Shown: positions 35,784 to 46,123, counted from the first letter of the stretch. The stretch: 64,000 nucleotides of DNA from an uncultured bacterium (GCA_965372795.1 CBDVDR010000015.1:1-64000), one strand, 5' to 3'. Made by a program: numbers and translations. The notes: generated by a model from the letters alone, not told the origin.

Positions 35784-36434
35784 TCATTTATGAGCATTAT
35801 CAAAGATCATATCATTAATTATGTCCCATGCATCAACAATGTATACAGCTAAGTATGTTAAACTATATAATCCAACTGTTGTATTTATTAGACTTCTTTT
35901 TCTGGAAGTTACCAAACACACTTTATCAGAATCAATTTCAACATAGTTTCCTGTCATTGTATGACCTGTAATAAGTCTTTTTTGAGGATCAAATCTACCG
36001 CCATCTTTATTAAAGATTAATGTACTTTGAGGTCTGAATGAATATTCAGAATTTGTTTTCCAAATTTTTCTGTCAGCTTCTTTTTTGATAGACTGCGGTT
36101 TAACAAATATAGTAATCGGATCACCTTCTGAATTTTGTGATAATATAACTAAATCAATCTCTGAAAGAACAAACTCCTTTATGGTTGTATCATCTGTTTT
36201 ACCTCTAATAACATCATTGCGCTTATCATAGTACGCAGGTGCCATAAAAGGAATCTCATCATTATTAATGAGTTTTACACCCTTAATCGTTGTTGTAAAG
36301 ACAACTCCTGAAAGTTTTTGGGATTTTGTCTCTCCGATCGGAATTGTTATCCCTTTAGTACAGCTCGTTGCAATACTACATACAAAAATTATGCTGATCA
36401 AAATAGAATGTGAAATAAATCTCCGCCCTGTCAT
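35784..36434 (-). CDS. Hypothetical lipoprotein with internal repeat
   Basis: AGGAG RBS; signal peptide ending IATS-C; AT-rich; opposite strand to its neighbours. Confidence 0.75.
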   Translation of the reverse strand: MTGRRFISHSILISIIFVCSIATSCTKGITIPIGETKSQKLSGVVFTTTIKGVKLINNDEIPFMAPAYYDKRNDVIRGKTDDTTIKEFVLSEIDLVILSQNSEGDPITIFVKPQSIKKEADRKIWKTNSEYSFRPQSTLIFNKDGGRFDPQKRLITGHTMTGNYVEIDSDKVCLVTSRKRSLINTTVGLYSLTYLAVYIVDAWDIINDMIFDNAHK

Positions 36435-36538
36435 TTGCTGCTCCTTTGTTGAATTGACAGTATAGTAAAAATGGAGGAAGATGCAAATGATTTTTGAACG
36501 TTAAACAACCTAATTTAAATCTCATGAATTATACCCAC

Positions 36539-36567
36539 TTGCCATCAACCCAAAAATTGACTACCAT
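36539..36567 (+). promoter_or_regulatory. Putative sigma70 promoter of surE (possibly leaderless)
   Basis: TTGCCA-17 bp-TACCAT ending 5 nt before the ATG; no SD. Confidence 0.5.
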
Positions 36568-36572
36568 GCTCC

Positions 36573-37340
36573 ATGCAAAAGAAAAAGAAGAAAAAAATAC
36601 TAATTACCAATGACGACGGTTATAATTCCGATGGAATCATCGCCCTCTACAAAGAACTCTCAAAAACTGCTGATGTTTTCATGATGGCGCCCGACCGCGA
36701 ACAGTCCGCCAGTTCCCATTCGCTGACCTTAAATCATCCCCTAAGAATCCAAAAGATAAACAGCACCCAATACACCACTGATGGCACTCCGACCGACTGT
36801 GTGATGCTCGCCGTACATCTGCTTTTCAAACATAAAAAACCGGATATGATTATCTCGGGTATCAATCATGGTGCCAACATGGGGGAGGATGTTACCTACT
36901 CCGGTACCGTTGCTGCCGCAATTGAAGGCTCAATCCTTCAGGTTCCATCAATCGCCGTTTCAATGGCGAATTATAGGCCGGGAACACCGATGAACCGAGC
37001 CGCCAAATTTGTCGTTAAAATCATCAAAAAATATGATGATTTTAATCTGCCGCCGGATACATTTTTGAATGTCAATCTGCCTAAAGATAACGGCAAAGCT
37101 TATAAAAGTTTCGAATACACCAAGCTTGGCTTTCGAATGTACAAAGATGTCGTGATTCATAAAACCGATCCGAGAGGGAAATCATATTATTGGATTGGCG
37201 GTCGCCCCAAATGGAAATCTACCAAAGGTACCGATTTTGAGGCTGTTGAAAGAAGAGTTGTTTCAATTTCTCCTCTGAAAATGAATTTTACCAACACCGA
37301 CATGGTTGATGAATTAAAAGCCTGTAAGATCAAATTATAA
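36573..37340 (+). CDS. surE: 5'/3'-nucleotidase SurE
   Basis: ILITNDDG, GTPTDCV, SGINHGAN and YSGTVAAA motifs. Confidence 0.98.
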   Translation: MQKKKKKKILITNDDGYNSDGIIALYKELSKTADVFMMAPDREQSASSHSLTLNHPLRIQKINSTQYTTDGTPTDCVMLAVHLLFKHKKPDMIISGINHGANMGEDVTYSGTVAAAIEGSILQVPSIAVSMANYRPGTPMNRAAKFVVKIIKKYDDFNLPPDTFLNVNLPKDNGKAYKSFEYTKLGFRMYKDVVIHKTDPRGKSYYWIGGRPKWKSTKGTDFEAVERRVVSISPLKMNFTNTDMVDELKACKIKL

Positions 37341-37374
37341 ATAACCAGAAATTAATGTATCAACTTCCAAATTC

Positions 37375-37448
37375 GTCATCTCGAGCGGAGCCGAGAGGTG
37401 ACTTTTATTCGGCAATGTTTGCCACCCTTCAACCCCGCTCAGTCTGAC
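37375..37448. repeat. REP/REPIN-like imperfect inverted repeat pair
   Basis: GTCATCTCGAGCGGAGCCGAGAGGTG (37375-37400) versus reverse complement of 37423-37448, GTCAGACTGAGCGGGGTTGAAGGGTG. Confidence 0.6.
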
Positions 37449-37555
37449 ATTATTCGCCATATTTGTCTATTTTAGAATACCGCCTAAGCCTGTGGTTAGA
37501 TATGAGTTGACAACTTATGAAAATCTGGTATTTTACTTATCCGGATTTCTATAAT

Positions 37556-37629
37556 CGGGGCGTGGCGCAGCTTGGTAGCGCGCTTGGTTCGGGACTAAGA
37601 GGTCGCTGGTTCGAATCCAGTCGCCCCGA
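37556..37629 (+). tRNA. tRNA-Pro(CGG)
   Basis: CGGGGCG/CGCCCCG acceptor, CTTGG-TTCGGGA-CTAAG anticodon arm, GTTCGAATC; TTGACA at 37507 upstream. Confidence 0.96.
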
Positions 37630-37698
37630 TTTTTTACTTTTATCTCCCAAAATCATGTTGTATCAAGGTTAAATAAGAAATTATTTTATGGTATAATT

Positions 37699-38175
37699 AT
37701 GTCCGCTAATCAAAAACCGGTGATTGCTATTATTGGCGCTGGTCAATGTTCAGATAAAGTCAAAAAACTCGCTTATACAGCCGGAAAATTTGTCGCCCAA
37801 CTTGGAGGAACGGTCGTTTGTGGAGGGTTAGGCGGTGTCATGGAGGCTGCTGCCCAAGGCGCAAAAGAGGGCGGAGGAACCACCATAGGAATTATTCCAA
37901 CAGCTAATAAAAAAGATGCCAATAAATTTATAGATTATGTTATAGTTACCGGGATGGGAGAAGCAAGAAATGCGCTGGTTATTAAAACAGCTGATGCCAT
38001 TATTGCTTTTGAAGGAAAGTTTGGTACTTTATCAGAGATTGCATTTGCCCTGCAATCAGGCAAACCAACTATTTCGGTTGGGTCGTGGGATATAGATTCT
38101 CAGATAATTAAAGAGGATAATCCCGAAGAGGCTGTAAAAATCGCATTTAAATTGATCGGGGGAATGAATGAGTGA
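37699..38175 (+). CDS. TIGR00725-type LOG/SLOG Rossmann-fold protein
   Basis: CGGLGGVMEA, TGMGEARN and GTLSEIAFA motifs. Confidence 0.9.
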   Translation: MSANQKPVIAIIGAGQCSDKVKKLAYTAGKFVAQLGGTVVCGGLGGVMEAAAQGAKEGGGTTIGIIPTANKKDANKFIDYVIVTGMGEARNALVIKTADAIIAFEGKFGTLSEIAFALQSGKPTISVGSWDIDSQIIKEDNPEEAVKIAFKLIGGMNE

Positions 38176-38449
38176 TGTTAGTGCTCAAATAAAGTGTACC
38201 GGAGTTGTTCAGGGAGTTGGTTATCGGTATTTTTGCTACCAGAAAGCACTGGGACTGGGTTTAACAGGATGGGTATCAAATCGCACTGATGGCTCGGTAG
38301 AAGTTGTTGCAGAAGGAGGCCGGAGTGCGATTGAAATTTATTTGAAGGAATTAAAAGTCGGTCCTGATTCTGCTACTGTATCAGAAGTTAAAGTGAAATG
38401 GTTAAAATTTGCTGGTAAAAATAATAAATTTGAAATTATAACAAGGTAA
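38168..38449 (+). CDS. acyP: Acylphosphatase
   Basis: GVVQGVGYR and GWVSNRTDGSVE motifs. Confidence 0.95.
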   Translation: MSDVSAQIKCTGVVQGVGYRYFCYQKALGLGLTGWVSNRTDGSVEVVAEGGRSAIEIYLKELKVGPDSATVSEVKVKWLKFAGKNNKFEIITR

Positions 38450-38454
38450 AATCA

Positions 38455-38979
38455 ATGCAGGAATTAGCTAAATATATCAGGTCGGTTCCGGATTTCCCCA
38501 AACCGGGAATTAATTTTTATGATATCACAACCCTGATACAACATGATGTTGGCTTTAAAAAAGCTGTCGATTTTATGACAGCATATGCTGAATCAAAGAA
38601 TGTTGATAAAATAGTTGCCGTCGAATCAAGAGGATTCCTTTTTGGAGGAGCGATTGCGGATCGACTTGGGATTGGCATGGTCACCGTGAGAAAACCGGGC
38701 AAACTTCCATACAATACTATTTCAGAAGAGTATTCCCTTGAATATGGGACGGATAAGCTTGAAATTCACACCGATGCGATTGAACCAGATCAAAAAGTCA
38801 TTGTCGTAGATGATTTAATTGCCACCGGTGGAACTGCAAAAGCAGCATGCAGCCTTGTGAATCAACTTGGCGGAAAAGTTGCCGGTATCTCTGCTGTGAT
38901 CGAATTGTCTTTTTTGCCATGGCGTGAGCTTCTTAACGAATACGATGTGAACTATTTAATCTCATTCGACTCCGAATAA
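38455..38979 (+). CDS. apt: Adenine phosphoribosyltransferase
   Basis: PDFPKPGI, ESRGF, RKPGKLP and VDDLIATGGT motifs. Confidence 0.98.
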   Translation: MQELAKYIRSVPDFPKPGINFYDITTLIQHDVGFKKAVDFMTAYAESKNVDKIVAVESRGFLFGGAIADRLGIGMVTVRKPGKLPYNTISEEYSLEYGTDKLEIHTDAIEPDQKVIVVDDLIATGGTAKAACSLVNQLGGKVAGISAVIELSFLPWRELLNEYDVNYLISFDSE

Positions 38980-39025
38980 GCATCTTGCCAGCAGGCTGAA
39001 ATTACCCTAAATTATACTTCGATTT

Positions 39026-39099
39026 GCCCCCGTAGCTCAGTAGGATAGAGCATCGGTTTCCTAAACCGCAGGTCGCAGGTTCGATTCCTGCCGGGGGTA
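39026..39099 (+). tRNA. tRNA-Arg(CCT)
   Basis: GCCCCCG/CGGGGGT acceptor, loop TTCCTAA, GTTCGATTC T-loop. Confidence 0.95.
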
Positions 39100-39173
39100 T
39101 AAATAATCACCTTTTGTAACCTGTTTATTTGCAAAAATATCCATATTTCTGATAAAACTTTCCTTGAAATCAT

Positions 39174-39202
39174 TTGACTTCGTCTCTCAAGCGGTATATA
39201 TT
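39174..39202 (+). promoter_or_regulatory. Putative sigma70 promoter
   Basis: TTGACT-17 bp-TATATT upstream of the barrel gene. Confidence 0.55.
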
Positions 39203-39255
39203 TTTTGATTATTTTGAAGACAGTACGTCTTTGATTAAGATGTGCAAATAAATTA

Positions 39256-40740
39256 ATGCTGAGGAGTTTGGGAATGAAAATGTCCATTTTGCGTGTATCA
39301 TTGATTTTGCTGTTTGTTGCTGTGCAAGCTTTTGGCCAGGGTGGAATTAACCAACAATCCGGATTGCTGAACCTGAATTTGGATTTTGTCGGAGCAGGTG
39401 CTCGTGCCAAAGGAATGGGCAATGCCTATTTGGGAGTTTCGGATGATGTAACTGCCGGAGGATGGAATCCTGCCGGACTTTACCAACACGACTCTCCAAA
39501 AATTGGATTTACTTATAAAATAATAAACCCAAGAGGTTCCACCGATCTATATCCTTATCCTCAGGCAGGTATCTTATCTGTTACTAATAATAGAGTCAGC
39601 CATAACACTTCTTTGAGTAATTTATCTTCATTGAATTTTATTGCCCCTATAAGAATTAAAGGTCACAAGTTTGTTGGTACTTTTAATTATACAAATAATT
39701 ACAATGAATATACAACTGAACAAACAATATTTAATATTGATGCCGATTTATTCCTGGCTAACAATAACGAACTTTATTCCTCTGTTGAAGGAGGAATTAT
39801 CAGTCAGGATTATTCTCAGGAACTTAGCGGTGGTTTAAACTCAGTAAACTTTGGTTTTGGTACCCGGGTTTATGATAAAATTTCATTTGGATTAGTTCTG
39901 AATATATATACCGGTACCCTTGTCAACGATGTACTTGCAAAAGACTCCGCTGACAATATTATATCGGGAGCAACCTTTGGACAGCCGGCACTTCATGTCA
40001 GTCATGTACGACTCCTTGATTCATTAGAATTTAGCGGTCTAAATGTCAATTTTGGTTTTAAATACAGTGGTGAGAAATTATCCGCCGGTCTTTTGATCCG
40101 TTCGCCATTGTCTCTCAAAGTTTCTGCCAACTCGACTATTGAAACTATCTTATTTGTAGAAAATATTGAGGTTGAAAACGCATCAACTGTCATTCTTACT
40201 CCAAAAATCAACCCGCCACTAACTAAATACAATCTTCCGGTTATGTATGGTGTCGGCTTTGCCTATCAGGCAAATAAAAAATTATTACTTGCAATGGATG
40301 CTGAGTATCGCGGATATGGTAATACAACTATTAAAATCAGAGATTCCTTAATTATTGGTGCTTCCGGAAATAATACCGAATTTTATACCGAACACAGCCC
40401 GGATACTATTCCGAATTTCCAGTGGAAAAACTCAATTGCATTAAGATTTGGTTTAGAATATATGATGAATACTAAGTTTGGTGAAGTTCCTTTAAGAGCC
40501 GGTTTAGGTTACACGCCTGTTCCGGGCGCATTGACAGCCGGATATAATACTTCAAAACCTCAAACTATTCAAAGTGCTTCTTTGGGAACCGGAATTCATT
40601 GGTCGCAAATACTTCTCGATCTCTCATATACTTTCTCAAAACGTGACAATGAGATTAATTTGCCGGGTATGACTTCTTTCCAGAGTAATTATTATTATAG
40701 AAATCATCAGATTAACCTTTCGTTTACTGGTTATTTCTAG
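39256..40740 (+). CDS. FadL/OmpP1-like outer-membrane beta-barrel
   Basis: Signal peptide, GARAKGMGNAY...WNPAGL plug motif, C-terminal Phe; real start possibly a downstream ATG (~39274-39280). Confidence 0.85.
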   Translation: MLRSLGMKMSILRVSLILLFVAVQAFGQGGINQQSGLLNLNLDFVGAGARAKGMGNAYLGVSDDVTAGGWNPAGLYQHDSPKIGFTYKIINPRGSTDLYPYPQAGILSVTNNRVSHNTSLSNLSSLNFIAPIRIKGHKFVGTFNYTNNYNEYTTEQTIFNIDADLFLANNNELYSSVEGGIISQDYSQELSGGLNSVNFGFGTRVYDKISFGLVLNIYTGTLVNDVLAKDSADNIISGATFGQPALHVSHVRLLDSLEFSGLNVNFGFKYSGEKLSAGLLIRSPLSLKVSANSTIETILFVENIEVENASTVILTPKINPPLTKYNLPVMYGVGFAYQANKKLLLAMDAEYRGYGNTTIKIRDSLIIGASGNNTEFYTEHSPDTIPNFQWKNSIALRFGLEYMMNTKFGEVPLRAGLGYTPVPGALTAGYNTSKPQTIQSASLGTGIHWSQILLDLSYTFSKRDNEINLPGMTSFQSNYYYRNHQINLSFTGYF

Positions 40741-40765
40741 GGATTATTTAGAAATTTGAGACGAT

Positions 40766-40808
40766 AAAAAAGCCCGAAAGAGTTTTAAATAAACCTTTTG
40801 GGCTTTTA
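40766..40808 (+). terminator. Possible terminator hairpin
   Basis: AAAAGCCCGAAAG...CTTTTGGGCTTTT; overlaps a sigma28-like promoter. Confidence 0.5.
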
Positions 40809-40817
40809 TGCCGATAA
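40790..40817 (+). promoter_or_regulatory. sigma28-like promoter
   Basis: TAAA-N16-GCCGATAA, about 40 nt before the ATG at 40850. Confidence 0.5.
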
Positions 40818-40849
40818 TATAAATTTAACGGGTAAAAAGAGGATTTTGA

Positions 40850-41524
40850 ATGTATAACAAAGTCAAATTGTCTAAAAGACAACTTAAAGAAGATAAATTC
40901 ACTGGCGTCATGCTTAACACCAAACAGTTTACTCAGGAAAACTGGCAGTTTATGGTTATTGGGCTGGCTGTTATTGTATTAGTTATTGTCAGTCTTGTTT
41001 ATTACTCAAGTAATATGAAATCCCAGTCAATTGAAGCATCTACGAAGTTCTCAAGAGCTATGCTTGACTATCGTAATGGGAATAACCAGGTTGCTATTCT
41101 TAGTTTTTCTCAAATTAGAGAAGATCATCCAGGCGATGCGGTTGCAGAAGAATCTACTCTGCTGTTAGGGAAAATCAACTTTGAATCCAAAAATTATGCT
41201 GAAACTATTCGCTATTATGAAATGTATCTTGCCAAATATCAGGGTAATTTAATCAATCGCTCGGCTGCCCATGCCGGGATTGCTGCTGCTCAGGAAAATC
41301 AGGGTCAATCGGCTCTTGCGGCGGCTGAATTCCAATTAGCTTATGATGAGGCTCCGGATGGTCCTTTAAGCGGTGATAATCTTATCGGTTCGATGCGGAA
41401 CAATCTCAAAGTTGGTGAAGTTGATAAAGCGAAAACTTCATTAGAATTGATTGAAGAAAAATTCCCGACTACTGATTTGCTTAATAGAGCTACTCGTTTA
41501 TTTGCCGAGAAAGGCTTAAAATAA
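40850..41524 (+). CDS. Membrane-anchored TPR protein (YfgM-like)
   Basis: 'KRQLKED' N-terminus, one TM helix, TPR-like helices. Confidence 0.8.
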   Translation: MYNKVKLSKRQLKEDKFTGVMLNTKQFTQENWQFMVIGLAVIVLVIVSLVYYSSNMKSQSIEASTKFSRAMLDYRNGNNQVAILSFSQIREDHPGDAVAEESTLLLGKINFESKNYAETIRYYEMYLAKYQGNLINRSAAHAGIAAAQENQGQSALAAAEFQLAYDEAPDGPLSGDNLIGSMRNNLKVGEVDKAKTSLELIEEKFPTTDLLNRATRLFAEKGLK

Positions 41525-41551
41525 GCTTCTCAGAATAAGGGAGCTAAAATC

Positions 41552-43678
41552 TTGTCTGAGAAAAAGCCAATCAAGCTTGCCATCCTATGGCATATGCACC
41601 AACCTAACTATCAGGAACCAAATTCAAAGTATATGGTTATGCCTTGGGTGCGGCTTCATGCCGTCAAAGATTATCTTGATATGCCCTTGATTGCAAGTAA
41701 GTACGAAAATATAAAAACTACCTTTAATTTAGTCCCTTCATTACTTGATCAACTTGATCTTTACCTGAATCAAGGCTCAGACCCCCATTTAGATCTGTCA
41801 CGCATTAACGCTGAACATTTAAATGACTCGCAAAAGAAAGAGATTTTAAAAACCTTTTTCTCTGCAAATTTCCCGACGATGATTGAGCCTTATACCCGTT
41901 ATAACCAGCTTTATAAAAAAGCAAAAAACAGAGATCAAATTGATTTGTTGCCGGCGCTATTTTCATCCGAAGAAATACGTGACCTGCAGGTATGGTCAAA
42001 CCTTTGCTGGATTGATCCTGTCTTTCATCAGGAAGAACCGATTAAATCCCTTTTAGATAAAGGCCGTCATTACTCCGAGGCTGATAAACATGCTCTTTTG
42101 GAGTGGCAGGTTGAACTAATCGGGAAAATCTCGCAGACTTTTAAAAGATTATATAACGAACAGATAATTGATATTTCGTTTACGCCATATTTTCACCCGA
42201 TATTGCCTCTTTTGTGCGACAGTAATATTGCTAAAGAAGCAATGCCTCATATTAAACTTCCCCAAAAACAATTTATTCATCCTGAAGATGCCAAATATCA
42301 AATCGTTGCTTCTATGGATAAATTTCAATCAATGTTTGGACATCAGTTAAATGGGATGTGGCCCTCGGAGGGATCAGTATCAGAGGAAGTTGCCCAGCTA
42401 ATTACTGAAGCTGGCATCAAATGGATCGCCACCGATGAAGAAATTTTATATAACTCTATAAGAAAAAGCGGACAATCTACATCGCATCCCGAACTGCCTT
42501 TTGTCTATGAATATGGCAAGGGATTGAAAATATTTTTTAGAAATCATGCTCTTTCTGATAAGATCGGTTTTGTCTATTCCGGTTGGGATGCTGACAAAGC
42601 TGTTTCTGACTTTATCTCAAATTTAAAAAAAATTCGAAATACTCATTTAAAAAATATTGATGATTGCGTCGTCTCTGTCATTTTAGATGGTGAAAACTGT
42701 TGGGAATATTTCCCCAAAGATGGTCATGACTTCTTAGATGAATTATATCGCTCATTATCAAGGGACAACGAAATCGAACTGGTTACCATGACTGAAGCGG
42801 CTGAAAAAAATAAACCCAAAAAATTGAAATCACTTTTTGCCGGCTCATGGATAAATCATAATTTCAGGATCTGGATTGGACATACCGAAGATAATCAAGC
42901 CTGGGATCTTCTAATGATGACCAGAGACAGGCTGGTTCAATTTGAAAAAGAAAATCCGGAGTTTGATAAACATCTGCGCGAGAAAGCCTGGCGGCAGATT
43001 TATATCGCAGAAGGATCGGACTGGTGCTGGTGGTATGGTGATGAACATCGAGGTGACCATAATGAGCAATTTGATCTGATTTTTAGAAAACATCTGATTG
43101 CAGTTTATGAAATCCTGCAGATTGAAACCCCGTCAGTGATGCTTATCCCTATTTTCAAATCAGAAACCGACTATAAAATGCAAATTCCTGATGCTCTGAT
43201 TTCGCCCTCAATTGACGGACGGGTTACCCATTTCTATGAATGGTCGGGTGCTGGTATCTATGATTGTGAAATTGCCGGGGATTCCATGCATCGGGTAGAT
43301 AGATATGCCTCCAAATTACTCTATGGATATGATCGAGACCATTTTTATATTCGACTTGACTTTATAAATAAAAAAATGGTAGAATCTATTAGAGAAGCTT
43401 TACTGGAAATCCGTATTTCCAAGCCTTTTGAAAAGGTCTTTAAATTAGACTTGAAAAAAAGAAATTTAAAGACTTCAGAAGATGGTTATTGTTATGTTTA
43501 TAATGAGATATTTGAAATTGCTTTTGAACGGTCATTCCTTTTTGAAAATGGCTTTGGTGAATTCGAATTTAATTTAAAGTTAATGGATGGAGATAACATT
43601 TTAGAACTTTTACCTCTAAATAACTCTATCTCATTAAATTTGCCTGAAAGAAATAAAGAACTATTCTGGCCACTCTAA
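41552..43678 (+). CDS. GH57 glycoside hydrolase (amylopullulanase-like)
   Basis: WHMHQP, WPSEG, LDGEN and AEGSDWCWW motifs. Confidence 0.95.
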   Translation: MSEKKPIKLAILWHMHQPNYQEPNSKYMVMPWVRLHAVKDYLDMPLIASKYENIKTTFNLVPSLLDQLDLYLNQGSDPHLDLSRINAEHLNDSQKKEILKTFFSANFPTMIEPYTRYNQLYKKAKNRDQIDLLPALFSSEEIRDLQVWSNLCWIDPVFHQEEPIKSLLDKGRHYSEADKHALLEWQVELIGKISQTFKRLYNEQIIDISFTPYFHPILPLLCDSNIAKEAMPHIKLPQKQFIHPEDAKYQIVASMDKFQSMFGHQLNGMWPSEGSVSEEVAQLITEAGIKWIATDEEILYNSIRKSGQSTSHPELPFVYEYGKGLKIFFRNHALSDKIGFVYSGWDADKAVSDFISNLKKIRNTHLKNIDDCVVSVILDGENCWEYFPKDGHDFLDELYRSLSRDNEIELVTMTEAAEKNKPKKLKSLFAGSWINHNFRIWIGHTEDNQAWDLLMMTRDRLVQFEKENPEFDKHLREKAWRQIYIAEGSDWCWWYGDEHRGDHNEQFDLIFRKHLIAVYEILQIETPSVMLIPIFKSETDYKMQIPDALISPSIDGRVTHFYEWSGAGIYDCEIAGDSMHRVDRYASKLLYGYDRDHFYIRLDFINKKMVESIREALLEIRISKPFEKVFKLDLKKRNLKTSEDGYCYVYNEIFEIAFERSFLFENGFGEFEFNLKLMDGDNILELLPLNNSISLNLPERNKELFWPL

Positions 43679-43691
43679 TACGGTCAGCATC

Positions 43692-44132
43692 ATGGAGGAT
43701 GTACACATGACTGATTCATTTTTCAAAGATAGCGAAAAAGATAATCCCACCGGTGATATACCCGGATTAAATGATGATACCGGGAAAAATAAAACCGAAA
43801 ATCAGGCAAAGGAAAGCTTTGCTACCGAAGAGGGACGGATGGCGGCGATTATGGCATACATCCCAATCCTATGCTTTATACCGCTTCTCAATATGAAAGA
43901 TAATAAAGAAGCTCAATTCCATGCCCGCCAAGGGGTGCTTCTGTTTTTAGTTGAAATAATTGCTATGGTATTTTTAATTGATAAAATATCAAATATGGTT
44001 TTTACTGGTATTCTGATGCTCGCTTTAGCCCTTTCCTGCGTTGGGATTTATTTTGCGCTTCAAGGCAAAAATTACCGGTTGCCGATTATTGGTGATCTGG
44101 CGGATAAGACCAAGGAGTTTATTGAAAATTAA
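43692..44132 (+). CDS. DUF4870-like small membrane protein
   Basis: MAYIPILCFIP...FHARQG...YRLPIIGDLA pattern. Confidence 0.8.
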   Translation: MEDVHMTDSFFKDSEKDNPTGDIPGLNDDTGKNKTENQAKESFATEEGRMAAIMAYIPILCFIPLLNMKDNKEAQFHARQGVLLFLVEIIAMVFLIDKISNMVFTGILMLALALSCVGIYFALQGKNYRLPIIGDLADKTKEFIEN

Positions 44133-44144
44133 ATTACGACCCTT

Positions 44145-44963
44145 ATGAAGAAGTTAAACGCTTATAAATTCATTCTAACTATTTCCATCCTTTCGTCAGT
44201 TTTTATCTCTTGTGCGACAACCGGACCTGGTGGAAAAAAATCTATAATCATTATTTCAACCGCTCAGGAAGTTGCTATCGGGGCCGGGATGGATGAAGAA
44301 CTTCGGCAAACTGAAAAAATATTTCCTGACTATCTCTGGCAGAACTATATAAATGAAATTGGGCAAAAAATTGTTGCCGGTTGTGACCGTAAAGATATCG
44401 AATATAAATTTACTGTCATTGAATCCGATCAAATTAATGCCTTTGCCGCTCCGGGTGGGTTCATTTATTTCTATACCGGTTTAATTAAAGAAATGAATAA
44501 CGAAGCTGAACTTGCGTCTGTGATGGCCCATGAAATATCACACGTTGTCGGACGACATGGAATTAAAAGACTCCAGGCTGCGATGGGTGTTTCAATGGCT
44601 TATCAATTTGTCTTCGGTGGCGAGGGTGCGGGGGAAATTTTGAATACTGTCATTGGTCTGGGGATGGGTTTAATGTTCGCTGATTATAGTCGCGACAATG
44701 AACGTGAAGCTGACATTTATGGCATACACTATATGATTAAATCAGGATACCATCCCAATGGGATGATAACCATGTTTGATATTCTGGCTGAAAAAGGCGG
44801 AACCGGCGATCTGAATATTTTTGAAAAACTCTCAAGTTCTCACCCCAATACTATCGAAAGAATCAAAAATGCAAAAGCTGAAATTTCTGCTATTCAACCA
44901 ATGAAAACAGGGCTTACTCTTGGAGAAAACAGATTTAAAAATATGCTGAAACGACTAAATTAG
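44145..44963 (+). CDS. M48-family metallopeptidase, lipoprotein
   Basis: Lipobox FIS-C, NAFAAPGG, HEISH, EREAD and SHP motifs. Confidence 0.93.
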   Translation: MKKLNAYKFILTISILSSVFISCATTGPGGKKSIIIISTAQEVAIGAGMDEELRQTEKIFPDYLWQNYINEIGQKIVAGCDRKDIEYKFTVIESDQINAFAAPGGFIYFYTGLIKEMNNEAELASVMAHEISHVVGRHGIKRLQAAMGVSMAYQFVFGGEGAGEILNTVIGLGMGLMFADYSRDNEREADIYGIHYMIKSGYHPNGMITMFDILAEKGGTGDLNIFEKLSSSHPNTIERIKNAKAEISAIQPMKTGLTLGENRFKNMLKRLN

Positions 44964-45187
44964 AAGGATATTTTATTACGTCCAAAGGACATACGGTAAT
45001 TTAAAACAAAACTTTATTACAAACCTTCATTTTCATTATTTGCAAACGGTCTTTATTTATTGTCATCTGAGTGCCTATAATTTAAACAATTGGTATAGAA
45101 AATCAGAAACCGGCTGTAAATCAGCCTTAACTATCCGACAATAGATATAAGAATAAATTTGTATTATTTCGGAAATGAGATATTGAT

Positions 45188-46123
45188 ATGACAAAGAAAA
45201 GATTCAAACCAATATATATTATTGCAATTTTACTCCTGTTTGTATTCAATGCAAATAGTTTTGCCGCATCCAAGGGTGGAAGAACCGCTGCTGATTTTCT
45301 GCTTTTAAATTTTGGTGCAAAACCTTCCTCCATGGGTGGAGCTTTCAGTGCCGTAGCCAGTGGTGCCTACGCCCTGCACTGGAATCCGGCAGGATTAACC
45401 GAGACTGAAAATACTGAAGTTACCATTGGGCATTTCTCACTCTATCAAGATCTTAATCTGGAATATGGTGCCTTTTCAAGAAACATTAATGATAAAGTTT
45501 ATCTGGGGGGATCTATTCTGTACCTCGGATATGGAACTATAAATGGATATAATACTGCCGGTGAACCTACCGGTGATATTGACGCTTATGATTTCGCCGG
45601 CGGATTATCTTTAGGTTACAGATTGTCAGAAGAAATTGTCTCCGGTATTTCGGTTAAAATTATCAATCAAAAGTTAGATGATATCTCGGCCTCAACCGTG
45701 GCATTTGATTTTGGAGCAAAATACATCTTCTCAAAAGGTATCCTTGCCCTAACAGTTAAAAATATAGGTCCGAAATTAAAATTTGAAACTGTAGAAGAAA
45801 GACTTCCAATGACGGTCGTTGGAGGTATCGCCTATCCTTTATATAATAATAAAGTGCTGGCTGCCATTGATATTGAAAGAAGAGTCTACGGGACTATGCA
45901 GATTAAATCCGGTTTTGAGTATAATCATCAAGATAAATACTTCCTCAGATCAGGTTTCTCATATAATCTCGATCAGGAAGATCGTACTCTGTCCTCAGGT
46001 ATTAATTTTGGTGCCGGTGTCAAATTAAATCAATTTGTGATCGATTACGCCATTACTTTCAAAGAAAAATATAACTCGGAATTCTTACATCAATTTTCGC
46101 TTTCCTTTTTATCGTTGAAGTAA
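45188..46123 (+). CDS. PorV/PorQ-family outer-membrane barrel
   Basis: Signal peptide, ADFLLLNFGAKPSSMGGAF...WNPAGL, alternating beta-strand pattern. Confidence 0.85.
   Translation: MTKKRFKPIYIIAILLLFVFNANSFAASKGGRTAADFLLLNFGAKPSSMGGAFSAVASGAYALHWNPAGLTETENTEVTIGHFSLYQDLNLEYGAFSRNINDKVYLGGSILYLGYGTINGYNTAGEPTGDIDAYDFAGGLSLGYRLSEEIVSGISVKIINQKLDDISASTVAFDFGAKYIFSKGILALTVKNIGPKLKFETVEERLPMTVVGGIAYPLYNNKVLAAIDIERRVYGTMQIKSGFEYNHQDKYFLRSGFSYNLDQEDRTLSSGINFGAGVKLNQFVIDYAITFKEKYNSEFLHQFSLSFLSLK

Noticed and set aside
34950..39099. tRNA-anchored genomic island or prophage
   Set aside because: No integrase and no duplicated tRNA 3' end seen; flanking genes are housekeeping.
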